In this document: piece after piece, positions 40,581-50,736 of the stretch
Position numbering within the stretch: position 1 is the stretch's first letter
Layout of the letters: every line of letters starts with the position of its first letter
DNA from: a virus
Reading direction: 5' to 3' (one strand)
Length of the DNA stretch: 64,000 nucleotides
Virus record (IMG/VR): IMGVR_UViG_3300019757_000003
Location: 32,001-96,000 of that record
Notes under the pieces: model-generated
What the model was told of the DNA's origin: nothing
The model's input: only the letters and a program-made list of their open reading frames with translations
Database searches by the model: none
Position numbers and translations under genes: made by a program

Positions 40581-41269
40581 GTAAAGAAACTAAAGCAGAG
40601 ATGCTAGACTACTTAATAGCTATATTTAATGATGAACCATTAGTGGACATCAGGAGTATACTAGAAGGTGGTGAATTTGATGATAAAGACATTGACGAAC
40701 TAGGTATAGAAGATTACGATGAGGAAGAGTCCTTATATGGATACTAATAACACAAGGAAACAAATGAAGAAAAAACAATTAAAACTAGAACTAGAGTCAG
40801 CTAACAGCTTAATATCAGCCATGAGAACCGAACTGGAAGACTATAAAGAAGCTTATAAGCAAGTTGTGGAAGAGAACATTAATCTAGTAAATAAGATGGA
40901 TGCTTGCTTTGTAGAGAAATTAGCCAATAGAGTTAAAGAGGTTAATCCTTTAGATGTTATTGATTCTCTATCCATTAAGTCCCTTGTAGAACTTGATGAG
41001 TCTGGTGTAGTATATGAGTTAGATGGTGTAGCTTTACTATCTGAGCTAAGAGCAGAGTTTAAAGAGATTAGACAAGAGAAAGGTTTAGAATAATACATAG
41101 GGCAACCTATGTATATCAAATTAAAGGATAGGTATGAAGAAATATGTAATATATAATAATACAATGTCCATAATTGTAAATAAACCAGATTATATGACTA
41201 GACAACAACTTAAAAGAAATATGATTATTAAATATGGAATAGTCTATATACACAGAATAAAGGACAATA

Positions 41270-41494
41270 ATGAGTGACATCCAAGAAAGAGAAGAGTACT
41301 ACAAACTAGACAGAGAAAATAAAACCCAAGAAGCTATCAGTAACCTTCTTACTCTAAAAAACGAACCTCAAGGACTCGTAACTGATAGTGTTAGAGACTA
41401 TAACGTAGGTTCATCTAACTACTCTAAACATAAGATTCAACCTTGGGATATATGGTTGGAGTACAGCTTGAATCCTTGGGATGCTGACATCTAA
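41270..41494 (+). pseudogene. 5' half of an interrupted DUF3310-like gene
   Basis: Ends YNVGSSNYSKHKIQPWDIWLEYSLNPWDADI*; the expected continuation RVLR...DYEKI.HIC.ERIRQL is at 42520-42606. Confidence 0.75.
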
Positions 41495-41528
41495 TTTAAG
41501 TATATTTTAACATCACATTAGATACAAT
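41495..41528 (+). promoter_or_regulatory. Promoter at the left end of the endonuclease cassette
   Basis: TTTAAGTATATTTTAA...TTAGA-TACAAT, nearly identical to 46514-46543. Confidence 0.6.
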
Positions 41529-41564
41529 ACAGGTACAGATAAGAAGAACACAAAAGGAATTTAT

Positions 41565-42320
41565 ATGAAAAGCAAGTTTGATAAAACAGGAAGTAGTCTG
41601 GAGGTAAGAACCTCTAATTTCTTACGTAGAGCAATAGAGAGACATAATTCAAAGTATTCTTACAACAAATTGCAATACAAAAACGCCAATAGTAAGGTAC
41701 TTATTACTTGTCCGATACACGGAGACTTCCAACAAACAGCCAATGACCATGTGAAAGGGGCAGGGTGTCCAGCATGTGGGAGGTTATCTACAACTAATAG
41801 TCACACCTTGTCATTTTCTGAATTTAAAAATAGAGCTATTGCAGTACATGGTACTAAATACGCCTATAACGAAAGCCTATTTACTATGAGTAGTGAAAAG
41901 GTAGGGATAGTTTGTACTACGTGCATGTCTGAATTTACTCAACTTGGATCAATGCACTTGCAAGGACAAGGGTGCTCTAAGTGCAATAAACATGGATTAA
42001 ACTACACACAACCTACAATATTGTATTTTTTGAGTGTGAACAAGGGCGTAGCCTTTAAAATTGGTATTACAAACTTTTCTGTAAACGAAAGATTCTTAGT
42101 TAAAGACTTAAAGACTATAGAAGTAGTAGCTGCTAAACAGTACAACACAGGTTATGAAGCTTACGACGCAGAACAGGCAATACTACTTGAATTTAAAGAT
42201 AAGCAATATAGAGGAGCACCACTATTATCGACAGGTAATACTGAGCTGTTCTCGGAAAACATATTTAATGAAATAAAGGAGAGATATTTCGATGAAAAAA
42301 AATCCACTACTGAACCCTGA
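41565..42320 (+). CDS. Free-standing homing endonuclease (two DUF723-like Zn repeats plus a GIY-YIG/Mug113-like domain)
   Basis: Two F..RA...H..KY.Y...KV.I.C....F.Q....H..G.GC..C repeats; LYFL...FKIGIT....RF...EQ.I...GNTELF. Confidence 0.85.
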   Translation: MKSKFDKTGSSLEVRTSNFLRRAIERHNSKYSYNKLQYKNANSKVLITCPIHGDFQQTANDHVKGAGCPACGRLSTTNSHTLSFSEFKNRAIAVHGTKYAYNESLFTMSSEKVGIVCTTCMSEFTQLGSMHLQGQGCSKCNKHGLNYTQPTILYFLSVNKGVAFKIGITNFSVNERFLVKDLKTIEVVAAKQYNTGYEAYDAEQAILLEFKDKQYRGAPLLSTGNTELFSENIFNEIKERYFDEKKSTTEP

Positions 42321-42840
42321 CTCTAAGCACTACCAAATGTTCGATGAAAAAGAAACTATAGAACACTTAGAAGAGATGATGACTATAGATGAATTAAAAG
42401 GATGGGCGAAAGGTAACGTATTCAAGTACAGACTACGTATAGGGCATAAAGATGCTATAGAGAAAGAAATGACAAAAATAAAGGGGTATGAGGAATACTA
42501 CAAATTTTTAAATACTGAGAGAGTTCTGAGAGATAGTGGTAGAAATGATAGAACACTAGATTATGAGAAGATTAAGCATATATGTGATGAGAGAATAAGA
42601 CAACTAACAACTACAGTAACACCTATACTTACCAAACGATATATAACTATAGTAGATTCGGATGAGGGACAAAAGGATTTTTGTGTATATACTAAGTTGT
42701 CTAAAGATGATGTAGATGAAGCAATAACTGCTAATAAACAAACAGAAGACCATGACTATGAAAGTCTATTTGACTTACTTAGACTATCGGATAAAGACTT
42801 AGAAGTTATAGATTTATCTAAAATAATGGTAAGTTACTGA
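42292..42840 (+). CDS. Chimeric DUF3310 protein (T7 gp1.7/SaV-like domain fused to the orphaned 3' half of the split gene)
   Basis: NP..KHY....ETIE...G...GNV.KY..R.G.K....E..K...Y, then RVLR...ERIRQL. Confidence 0.75.
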   Translation: MKKNPLLNPDSKHYQMFDEKETIEHLEEMMTIDELKGWAKGNVFKYRLRIGHKDAIEKEMTKIKGYEEYYKFLNTERVLRDSGRNDRTLDYEKIKHICDERIRQLTTTVTPILTKRYITIVDSDEGQKDFCVYTKLSKDDVDEAITANKQTEDHDYESLFDLLRLSDKDLEVIDLSKIMVSY

Positions 42841-43448
42841 TGTTTGAGACTTTAGTAGGATTAGCAATAATAACTAATACAATTACACAAGTAACTTGGT
42901 TTTATATAACAATTATTAGGAAGAAGAATTAATGAAGGAAATGAACTTAACTAGGTTGCTAAAGAGTTGCTGTGTTACCATACCAGATAAGGTACAAGAT
43001 GCTTTATTTGACTATCTAGTGGAGTTAGATGTAGATTTAAACACACTAAATGTTGACAATTTATATGTAAATGATGTACAGTACTTAGAAGATGATGAAG
43101 GTGAGAATTATGCAGAAGATTACCATCTGTTAGTAAAAGATGAGGATGGAGGATATTATATATGAAATTTGAATTATACGATATAGTAGAAACTATAGAT
43201 GGTAGTATCATTTATAGAATAGACAATGTGTGTGAAGTAGATAAACTATACAACAGTAACCTAAATGCAGAAGAGATTGAAGATAGGTATTCCTTTTACG
43301 AAAGTGAACTAAAACTAGTAGCTTCTAAAGATAAGGTATTTTCTTGTCATAGATGTGGAGAAGATCTATCAAACACAGAGATGACACCAGGGTATGTATT
43401 TGGATGCGACACTTGTGATGAAGATTTTTGCTACTTTGAGGTAGCTTG

Positions 43449-43985
43449 ATGAAAACTAAACATATATGCTTGTATGGAGGACCAGGAATTGCCAAGAGTA
43501 CAACAGCCTCTGGTCTATTCTATAGGATGAAAGAAGCTGGATATAAAGTAGAACTGGTACAAGAATACGCTAAAGAACTGACTTATAGAGAAGATTTCAG
43601 TACACTAAAGAACCAACTATTTGTATTAGCTAATCAACATAAGAACTGGTTTATGTTAGAGGGTAAAGTGGATTATGTAATCCATGATAGTCCTTTACTA
43701 CTAAGCATACACTATGCTCAAGAATCTAATCATTTGCCTCTAAAAGAGTTTAAAGAATTTGTACTAGCTTTAAATAGTAAGTATGAAACTATGAACTTCT
43801 TACTAATCAGAGATAATGAAGCTCATCCATATAAACAATATGGCAGAACTCAAACACTAAAAGAAGCTATAGAAATAGATAAATCTGTGAAAGGATTACT
43901 AGAAGACTCTGATACTAGTTTCTTAGAAGTTCGTGATTTAGCTAAGATAGCTAAGATAATTGAGGTTACATATGAGAACTCTTAG
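43449..43985 (+). CDS. NadR/AAA_28-like P-loop nucleotide kinase
   Basis: LYGGPG.AKST, ELV.EYAKEL, DSPLL, GR.Q...EA..ID. Confidence 0.8.
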   Translation: MKTKHICLYGGPGIAKSTTASGLFYRMKEAGYKVELVQEYAKELTYREDFSTLKNQLFVLANQHKNWFMLEGKVDYVIHDSPLLLSIHYAQESNHLPLKEFKEFVLALNSKYETMNFLLIRDNEAHPYKQYGRTQTLKEAIEIDKSVKGLLEDSDTSFLEVRDLAKIAKIIEVTYENS

Positions 43986-44203
43986 AGATTTATTTGAACA
44001 ATTAGCTGACTTATCAGAAGATGAGTTAGATAAGGACTTGCACTTGACAGTATGGGACCAATCAGATAATTGGAATTGTAAAGATATAGATATAAATACA
44101 GATGGTACTTGCAGTGATTTACAACTAGTACTAGATAGTGGTTATACAGTAAGTTATAACAGAGATAAGGTATTTGAAGTACCAAAACATTAAAGGAAAA
44201 AAA

Positions 44204-44515
44204 ATGGGATATTATACACAGTATGACCTAGAGTTAGGTAGTAACGAGAGATTAGATAGAGATGGAATAGCAGAGAAATTTGAAGATATTTCGGGATTTA
44301 GTATGCACTCAATAGACGACGAATCTATGAAATGGTATGACTATGACACAGATATGCAGAAGCTAAGTAAGGAGTATCCAGAAGTATTATTTATAATGAC
44401 TGGATTAGGTGAAGACTCTGACGATAACTGGAGACACTACTTTAGAGGTGGTAAAAGCCACAAAGTAGATGCTATTGTAGCCTATCCTCCATTAGATGAA
44501 ACTAAATTAAGTTAG
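44204..44515 (+). CDS. Conserved phage protein (MGYYT...KWY...G.GE...D.W family)
   Basis: Motifs as named; ATG at 44204 follows AAGGA. Confidence 0.7.
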   Translation: MGYYTQYDLELGSNERLDRDGIAEKFEDISGFSMHSIDDESMKWYDYDTDMQKLSKEYPEVLFIMTGLGEDSDDNWRHYFRGGKSHKVDAIVAYPPLDETKLS

Positions 44516-44729
44516 AAGAGATGTTAATATCTAACAAACAAGACTTAAAGAAAAAAATTGAATTGGGTGGATTGAGATTATCATTTGAGGGTAATGGACA
44601 CCTAAACTTAAAATACACAAGCAACGATAGCACAGAACAAGTACAGTTTATACTAAATAAGTCAGAAATGAGAAGTATACTTGAGACACTATCAGTAGAA
44701 CGTAGTAACAAAAACATTAAAGGAGAAAT

Positions 44730-45488
44730 ATGAAAGTAGAGTTAATAGATATACCTACAGAGATTACACACGATAGTGTATTAGCTTATTTAGCTAGTTG
44801 TAGTAGTGTTGTTAGGGATGCCCAACCTAAGAATAATGAGAGGTTGTTTAAAAGACTACAAAAAGAGTCTTTTGGAGATAAGCCCAGTAGGGTATTTGAG
44901 TATGTACCTTGTAAGATTTCTAGTGGTGTGATACAATATAGTGCCATGCAGTTATTTGGTTTTTACACAGAAGAACAGACAGATAATACTTCCGTTTTTG
45001 AACGAGCCTATTATACAAATGCTAGAGAGTTGCTAAATTGGGGCTGGACTTGGGAAGAGGTATTAAAAGTAGTAGACTTTACTAACTATAAAGCTGTTAA
45101 AGTTACTGCACCTTACTTCCTATATGGTCAAATGAGCACACATAACCAAATAACTAGTGTTAGCCATAGTAATAGATATACGCAGTCTAAACTAGGTTAT
45201 TGGTGTCCAATACCTAACCATCCAAATTGGGACTATACTGTAAGGGAGACAACACCAAATAGTCTTGAACGTATTATGAAAGCAGCAGGTATTGTTCGTA
45301 GAGAAGTGTTTGCAAGAGGTTCTGATATGTTAGAGTATAGAGTCAGTACCCTAGGTGGATATACCAATAATCCAAATGCTTGGGAGCACTTTATCAACCA
45401 AAGACTTAATGACAGTCATACACAACTAGAAATGAGAGAACTAGCTTCTCTTATAAAAGAGAAACTTGAAGGAGTTAGTAATAATTAA
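44730..45488 (+). CDS. thyX: Divergent FAD-dependent thymidylate synthase
   Basis: PSRVFE, AP.F...Q..TH....S....S.RY, HF..QR..DSH.Q.E.R.LA. Confidence 0.72.
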   Translation: MKVELIDIPTEITHDSVLAYLASCSSVVRDAQPKNNERLFKRLQKESFGDKPSRVFEYVPCKISSGVIQYSAMQLFGFYTEEQTDNTSVFERAYYTNARELLNWGWTWEEVLKVVDFTNYKAVKVTAPYFLYGQMSTHNQITSVSHSNRYTQSKLGYWCPIPNHPNWDYTVRETTPNSLERIMKAAGIVRREVFARGSDMLEYRVSTLGGYTNNPNAWEHFINQRLNDSHTQLEMRELASLIKEKLEGVSNN

Positions 45489-45773
45489 TGAGAAACTAGA
45501 AGAACTAGAGTATGCTTATAGAATAGAACCTAATGAAGAGTATGCTAAAGCATTGAAAGATAAGATAGACGATATTAAAGAGTCTATGAGAGATACTAAA
45601 CTAGATGAACTAAGACAAGATATAGCAGATGATGAGTCTATGTCAGTAGATACGTCTGAACTAGTTACAGCATTTGTAGAGAAAAAGGTAGAGTTCTTAG
45701 AGACTTTAGATAAAGAAGATTTAGAGGAGTATTTATATTCTACTGGATCTGAATTAAATATAGAGGATTACAA

Positions 45774-46145
45774 ATGAATTTTATACAAGAGAGTATGAGA
45801 ACAGAGTCAAGCCAATTTAATGATTTAACTAATAACGGAGTTACTTATAGTAAAGAGAGGCTTTTGCATGCTTGTTTAGGTATGCAAACGGAGTCAGCAG
45901 AGTTTAGTGATGCAATTAAAAAATCATTGTTTTATGGTATAGAATTGGATGTTATTAATTTAAAAGAAGAGCTAGGAGATATGTTATGGTATATTGCTAT
46001 TGCTATGGACGAACTAGGTACTGATTTTACTACAGAGCAAATTAGAGTAGTTAATAAATTAAAGGTAAGATTCCCTACTAAGTTCACTAATATAGATGCA
46101 GAAAATAGAGACTTAGAGTCTGAGCGTCAAGTATTAGAACAATAA
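45774..46145 (+). CDS. MazG-like NTP pyrophosphohydrolase
   Basis: LLHA..G..TE..E..D..KK...YG......EELGD.LWY.A, N.KL..R.P..F. Confidence 0.88.
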   Translation: MNFIQESMRTESSQFNDLTNNGVTYSKERLLHACLGMQTESAEFSDAIKKSLFYGIELDVINLKEELGDMLWYIAIAMDELGTDFTTEQIRVVNKLKVRFPTKFTNIDAENRDLESERQVLEQ

Positions 46146-46220
46146 AACAAACAAATAGGTTTAACTTTAAGAGCAACTAAAAGTTATAAAGAATGACACA
46201 AAATAAAAGAAGGAGTACCA

Positions 46221-46508
46221 ATGAAGTACTATTTAGTAAATGAAACAGAAGAAGGATTAGCACTTATTAAGTCAGATAGTGGAGTATATAACTTACCATG
46301 GACTACAGTAAAACCTAACAATATAGTAGATGGAGAGTTTACATTAGAAGGCAGATTTATCGCAGAAGAAGGAACTATTGTAGAGGTAGAGGAACTACCA
46401 GAGTTTACTCCACACCAAAGAATTAACTATAATAAGTTCTGTGCAAGTGAAGAGTATACTCTAACTTGTGCTCTACTATTGAGATTTGCTGGTAATTTCT
46501 TAAGGTAA
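46221..46508 (+). CDS. Hypothetical protein
   Basis: AAGGAG RBS, 95 aa. Confidence 0.65.
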   Translation: MKYYLVNETEEGLALIKSDSGVYNLPWTTVKPNNIVDGEFTLEGRFIAEEGTIVEVEELPEFTPHQRINYNKFCASEEYTLTCALLLRFAGNFLR

Positions 46509-46513
46509 TAACA

Positions 46514-46543
46514 TAAGTATATTTAAGGTAACTTAGATAGAAT
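46514..46543 (+). promoter_or_regulatory. Promoter upstream of the structured non-coding locus
   Basis: TAAGTATATTTAAG...TTAGA-TAGAAT. Confidence 0.55.
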
Positions 46544-46549
46544 AAAACT

Positions 46550-47220
46550 ACGCATTCCCTCATGTAAATCAAAGTATCGTACTTCGGTGTTGATATGTAA
46601 GTCGTAAGAATAACTACCCAATAAGCCAAGTGGAATGAAGGTTTGAACCTAAGCGAATATCAAATATACCTTAGATACTTTATTGACAGAGTAACGTCTG
46701 TAAACCTTATAAAAGACACCTACAATATTTGATGTAGAGTTACGGAAGTCTGGTAGACTGAACGGGATACCTAAGTAAGTAAACACTTCACAAGGTGTAT
46801 AAACTATGTCAGTACTCATAGCCAGAGTCAGCTTAAGTGGTGAGTAGTAACAGGTTTAACTCCTGTAGTTGGTAAGTTCTTATGAAATACTTGCTCCACG
46901 AAGCTTACGTGGCTACTCTATAACTAGGTATTGGTTAAGAGAAGGTTTGAATCCTTCTATACAATTTGTATCCATGATGGCTAGTAATATGAATGATAGG
47001 TGGTTCAATTCCATCAACCTAGTTACAAACAGTCGAGATCTCACATCAATTTATAATTGTTAAACGACTTTAACTTTTGAGAGGTTTACCGACCTTAAGG
47101 TATACTCAAGTAGCTACGAGGACTTTACATTCAGTATGATTAATAGTCTTAGATGTAATTAAACGACAAGCCTCTACCACAACGTGCTGAAGCCAATTCA
47201 GAATATATGATTGTGGTTAC
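46550..47220 (+). ncRNA. Large structured non-coding RNA region with three tRNA-like T-loop hairpins
   Basis: Only ~750-nt gap in the + strand block; T-arms at 46850-46866, 46940-46958 and 46999-47015; many long-range helices; a cUUCGg loop. Confidence 0.65.
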
Positions 47221-47256
47221 GCTGTTTTATATAATATAAATTAAAAGGATGAATAA

Positions 47257-47628
47257 ATGGTAAAGATACATATAGATGACTATAGAGAGTTATTAGAGAA
47301 TAAGATAGAAGAACTTACTACGAAAATAAAAGAAGTAGAAGATCTATCTGATGAGCAGAAACTAAGTATAATGGAAGAAGACACACCTTTAAGGTACTAT
47401 CAAGCACAAATTATCAATGGCGAAGACACTAGTAAATTAGATTATTTCTATGATACACGAATAATGGCTGAATACTCAGAAAACCGAACTCTGCTAAAAG
47501 AGTGTAAGATTATTCTACCTCTAATACCAAACTTAAAGAAAGTACTAATAGATGGTGTTTATGAGATTAAAGTAGATAAACTAGTGGAGTTACAATGTCA
47601 ACCAAAGGAAAATAAATGTTATCAGTAA
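47257..47628 (+). CDS. Hypothetical protein
   Basis: AAGGA RBS; the LIDG....V..L.EL tail resembles that of 49363-49713. Confidence 0.65.
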   Translation: MVKIHIDDYRELLENKIEELTTKIKEVEDLSDEQKLSIMEEDTPLRYYQAQIINGEDTSKLDYFYDTRIMAEYSENRTLLKECKIILPLIPNLKKVLIDGVYEIKVDKLVELQCQPKENKCYQ

Positions 47629-47929
47629 GTTTAGCACACAAAGAGATAAAAGAAACTAAAGAGGTTTTAGCCTGTATTAAGGAAGCAAAGTACTATAATG
47701 GAAATGTAGACTTCTACATCAAACCGAGAGGTGTGGGTATGGATACAGATTTACTAGACCTGACTTCTGAAGAAAGTAAGAAAATACTTAAATTCATTGA
47801 GAGGATGCTTAAAGCCAAACTAAAAGAACAAAAAGTTGAGAGTGCCAGACTTAATAAAGTAAGAAAGAGGTACGAGTAACAGTAGAACAGAGTAAATAAA
47901 AAGAATTTAGCTAAATTTGCTCTAAAAGC

Positions 47930-47958
47930 TTGACAAAAAGGCTAAATTTGGATATACT
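47930..47958 (+). promoter_or_regulatory. Canonical sigma70 promoter TTGACA-17-TATACT
   Basis: -35 at 47930-47935, -10 at 47953-47958. Confidence 0.8.
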
Positions 47959-48015
47959 TTACACGTAGTATCGAGTACTCGCATATAGTGTGAAGTATTC
48001 ACAACGTCTAAGAAT

Positions 48016-48099
48016 ATAACTAAGTGCAGTTTTTGTCGAGACTTCTGCACTTAGTTATGAGCTTAGTACTTCTAGTATCAGGTTAAAAAGTCTCGACAA
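48016..48099 (+). promoter_or_regulatory. Structured leader: 14-bp hairpin whose loop is complementary to a downstream 12-mer
   Basis: Stem 48016-48029/48045-48058; loop TTGTCGAGACTT 48033-48044 pairs with AAGTCTCGACAA 48088-48099. Confidence 0.75.
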
Positions 48100-48143
48100 C
48101 TTCCTTAATCTCTCATAAAAACAATAAGTCGGAAAGTTAGTTT

Positions 48144-48731
48144 ATGACAAAAGAACACAAGTTTGTCGATTTAAAAGCACTTATAAAAGAACATAGTCAC
48201 ATAATAAATGGAGGAGTTGAAACTTTTAACTGGATTAAATTTCTTTGTGAAGTTGAAGACATACCTAGTAAGTTGGTAAAATCTAAACGAGGAAAATTCA
48301 CCCTACTATATGATGCTGAAAAGACAATTGACTTAATACAAAGAGCATGTATCAGATACGAAATAAAGCCATTAAGAAAACACTCGGTAAAAGAGTTCTA
48401 TTTTGTTTATATACTTAAAATACAAGAACTTAAAGACACCTACAAAATAGGTATTTCACACGATGTGAAGCACAGATTGGAAGAAATCAATAAATGTTCC
48501 TTAGAAGTTAATTTACAGCACACTTACGAACTAGTAGAGAATATGAAGTTTTCTCTAAAGAGTCAAGCCTCAAAAGTAGAAAGAGAGATTAAATATCTTC
48601 TAAAAGACTACAAATCAACAAATATAACACTACATAAAACAGAAGTATTTACTATACCTTTACAAGATCTACAAAAGATCCTATTTGTATTTGGTAAATA
48701 CATGACAAAAAGTGGAACTAATGTTAAGTAA
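48144..48731 (+). CDS. GIY-YIG (T5orf172/Mug113-like) nuclease-domain protein
   Basis: FVYIL...YKIGIS....RL..I...A.KVE..I...TEVF. Confidence 0.8.
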   Translation: MTKEHKFVDLKALIKEHSHIINGGVETFNWIKFLCEVEDIPSKLVKSKRGKFTLLYDAEKTIDLIQRACIRYEIKPLRKHSVKEFYFVYILKIQELKDTYKIGISHDVKHRLEEINKCSLEVNLQHTYELVENMKFSLKSQASKVEREIKYLLKDYKSTNITLHKTEVFTIPLQDLQKILFVFGKYMTKSGTNVK

Positions 48732-48759
48732 TATAATTACAGAATACAAGGAAATAATT

Positions 48760-49323
48760 ATGCTCGGAAAAGTATTTAAAAAAGGTGGAATTAATTGTAT
48801 TTTTGGAGAATCTGGTCTAGGTAAAACTGTAAGTACTATTAAAGCTCTAAATGAAGACGGTATAACACCGATTCTACTAGACTTTGATGGTAATGATAGC
48901 CAAGAGGCTAATGACTGTAAATACACCCATGTAGATGGTGTAAAGTTTGTAGCTAAATACATGATAAAAGAAGCTACTATACCTGAGAATGTTGTAATAG
49001 TGATAGATACTTGGACTTTATTTGAGCCTTACTATAATACTCATAAAGACCTATTAGACGACTTACATAAAGAGAATACTCTTATCATTGTAGCTCACAA
49101 CAAGGATATAGCGACTAAGAAAGATATACCAGTTGTGCCAGAAGAACTGATAAATCACTGGGATGCAAAATTGTACTTAAGCTTCTCTAACGGAACTAAA
49201 GGTAAAGCCGGTACTAGTACTAAGCCAGAAGTAAAAGCTATACCAAGTGGTTCTAACTTAACTGTTATGAAACTTAGAAGTTACAAAGGACCAAGGGTTA
49301 TACATAATTGGATGAGAGATTAA
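48760..49323 (+). CDS. P-loop NTPase
   Basis: IFGESGLGKT, LLDFD, IVIDT, IIVAH; ATG 48760 follows AAGGA. Confidence 0.75.
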   Translation: MLGKVFKKGGINCIFGESGLGKTVSTIKALNEDGITPILLDFDGNDSQEANDCKYTHVDGVKFVAKYMIKEATIPENVVIVIDTWTLFEPYYNTHKDLLDDLHKENTLIIVAHNKDIATKKDIPVVPEELINHWDAKLYLSFSNGTKGKAGTSTKPEVKAIPSGSNLTVMKLRSYKGPRVIHNWMRD

Positions 49324-50736
49324 AAAGGAAAACAAAACTAGTAAATTAGCAAAGGAGCTAAGATGAGTAAAATGTTAATTAAAACAGTGATAAAGCATAA
49401 AAGGACTGAACTAAGACTAAAAGAAGAAGAGTTGATTATCAGACAAGACAAAGAAGGTTTACCTTATATAAGATTAGAGGGGGAACAGATAGGCTCTTGG
49501 AGTACCTTTAGGAAGAGTGATAGGGCACTTAGAGAACCAGATAAAAACAAACTATTTATAAAAGTCTATACTGAAAAACTAATACCTAGACTACAACAAG
49601 AAATTGAGAACTTAGAAGAGATTCAAGAGTTACTAATTGACGGTATCATTGATGTAGATATAGGTGAAGTAATTGAAATGAGAAATTACATCAAACAGTA
49701 CACTAGGAGCTAAGATGGAAATAGAATTATATTCAAATGAGAAGCTATTATTAACTATAACTGACGAACAATTGAGGAATGGATCTACTTTTACAGGTAT
49801 CAGAGATAGTAAAGGTAAGAGACCTAACAAATATAAAATAATAAACAAGTGCACAGATTACGCTATTAAAGAGTACTTAGCCTACTCTTTATTTCATGCT
49901 TTTACTGCCAATACTGATTTAGAAGAGTTGAGATTACTAATTAAAGATTGTAATAAAGGACTAGAATGTTAGAAGCTCTTATAGAGTCAATAATATTAGT
50001 TATACTAGTCTTATGGTTTATGAAGAGCATAGTTGATGCTTTACATTTTAGAAAGATAGATAAGTTACATAAAGAAGGTACACTGCCAGATTCTATGTAT
50101 AGTTATGGAATGGAGGTAGATATGAAAACAGGTGAATCAAAAGGTACTAGAGTACCAAATTATTAAATATAAAGGAATACAGATGACAAGAGAGAACGCA
50201 TTAAAAGATTTCAAACAAGGTGTAAAAGGAGATAAGATCATAAAAACTATATACAATGATATTGATACTAGAGTTTGTGAAAACTGCCAATTCAGTAGAA
50301 GAAGTGGAGGTACAAGTTTTGAATGCTCCAAGTTTGTAAATTGGTACTTACCACTATCTTTTGGTTGTACAGAGTTTGTAAGAGACTAATTAAGACAAAA
50401 TATAAAGGAAGATAAATGACAAGAGAAGACGGTCACATAACTACTAAACATATCTGTCTACAATGTAATAGAGTAGAGTCTCATGAGTTTAAATGTTGTG
50501 AAGAATCTTATAAACTAGATAGAAGAGTTAGAGTACCTAAGAAGAGAGCTAGTAGAGCTAGATGGAAAGAATTTTATACCTACTTATCTAAATTTAATTC
50601 AAGACTATTAGAGAAACATCCACATTTAATAATTAAATACAACCTAGATAAGACTCTTAAATGGGATAATACTAACTATGGTTAGAATACAACAAAAGCA
50701 GAACAAATGCTAATAGAATTTCCGAGGAGGAAGTAG

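Larger units (their letters stand above)
41492..42519 (+). mobile_element. Inserted cassette: promoter, homing endonuclease and DUF3310 domain
   Basis: Separates the two halves of one gene; the exact junctions are uncertain by a few nt. Confidence 0.65.

Noticed and set aside
41492-42519. Group I intron
   Set aside because: Only ~70 nt is non-coding, no P/Q/R/S core is visible, and the junction splice pairs tried do not restore the frame.
46869-47063. 64-aa ORF from the track (also 46423-46629 on the minus strand)
   Set aside because: No RBS, atypical composition, and it overlaps the structured RNA elements.
46550-47220. Canonical tRNA genes
   Set aside because: T-arms are present, but no D-arm/anticodon-arm geometry or CCA could be assigned by eye.
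1699-50331. Short minus-strand ORFs inside the + block, and + strand ORFs at 56867-62699
   Set aside because: Ser/Leu/Phe-rich antisense shadows of real genes, without RBSs.
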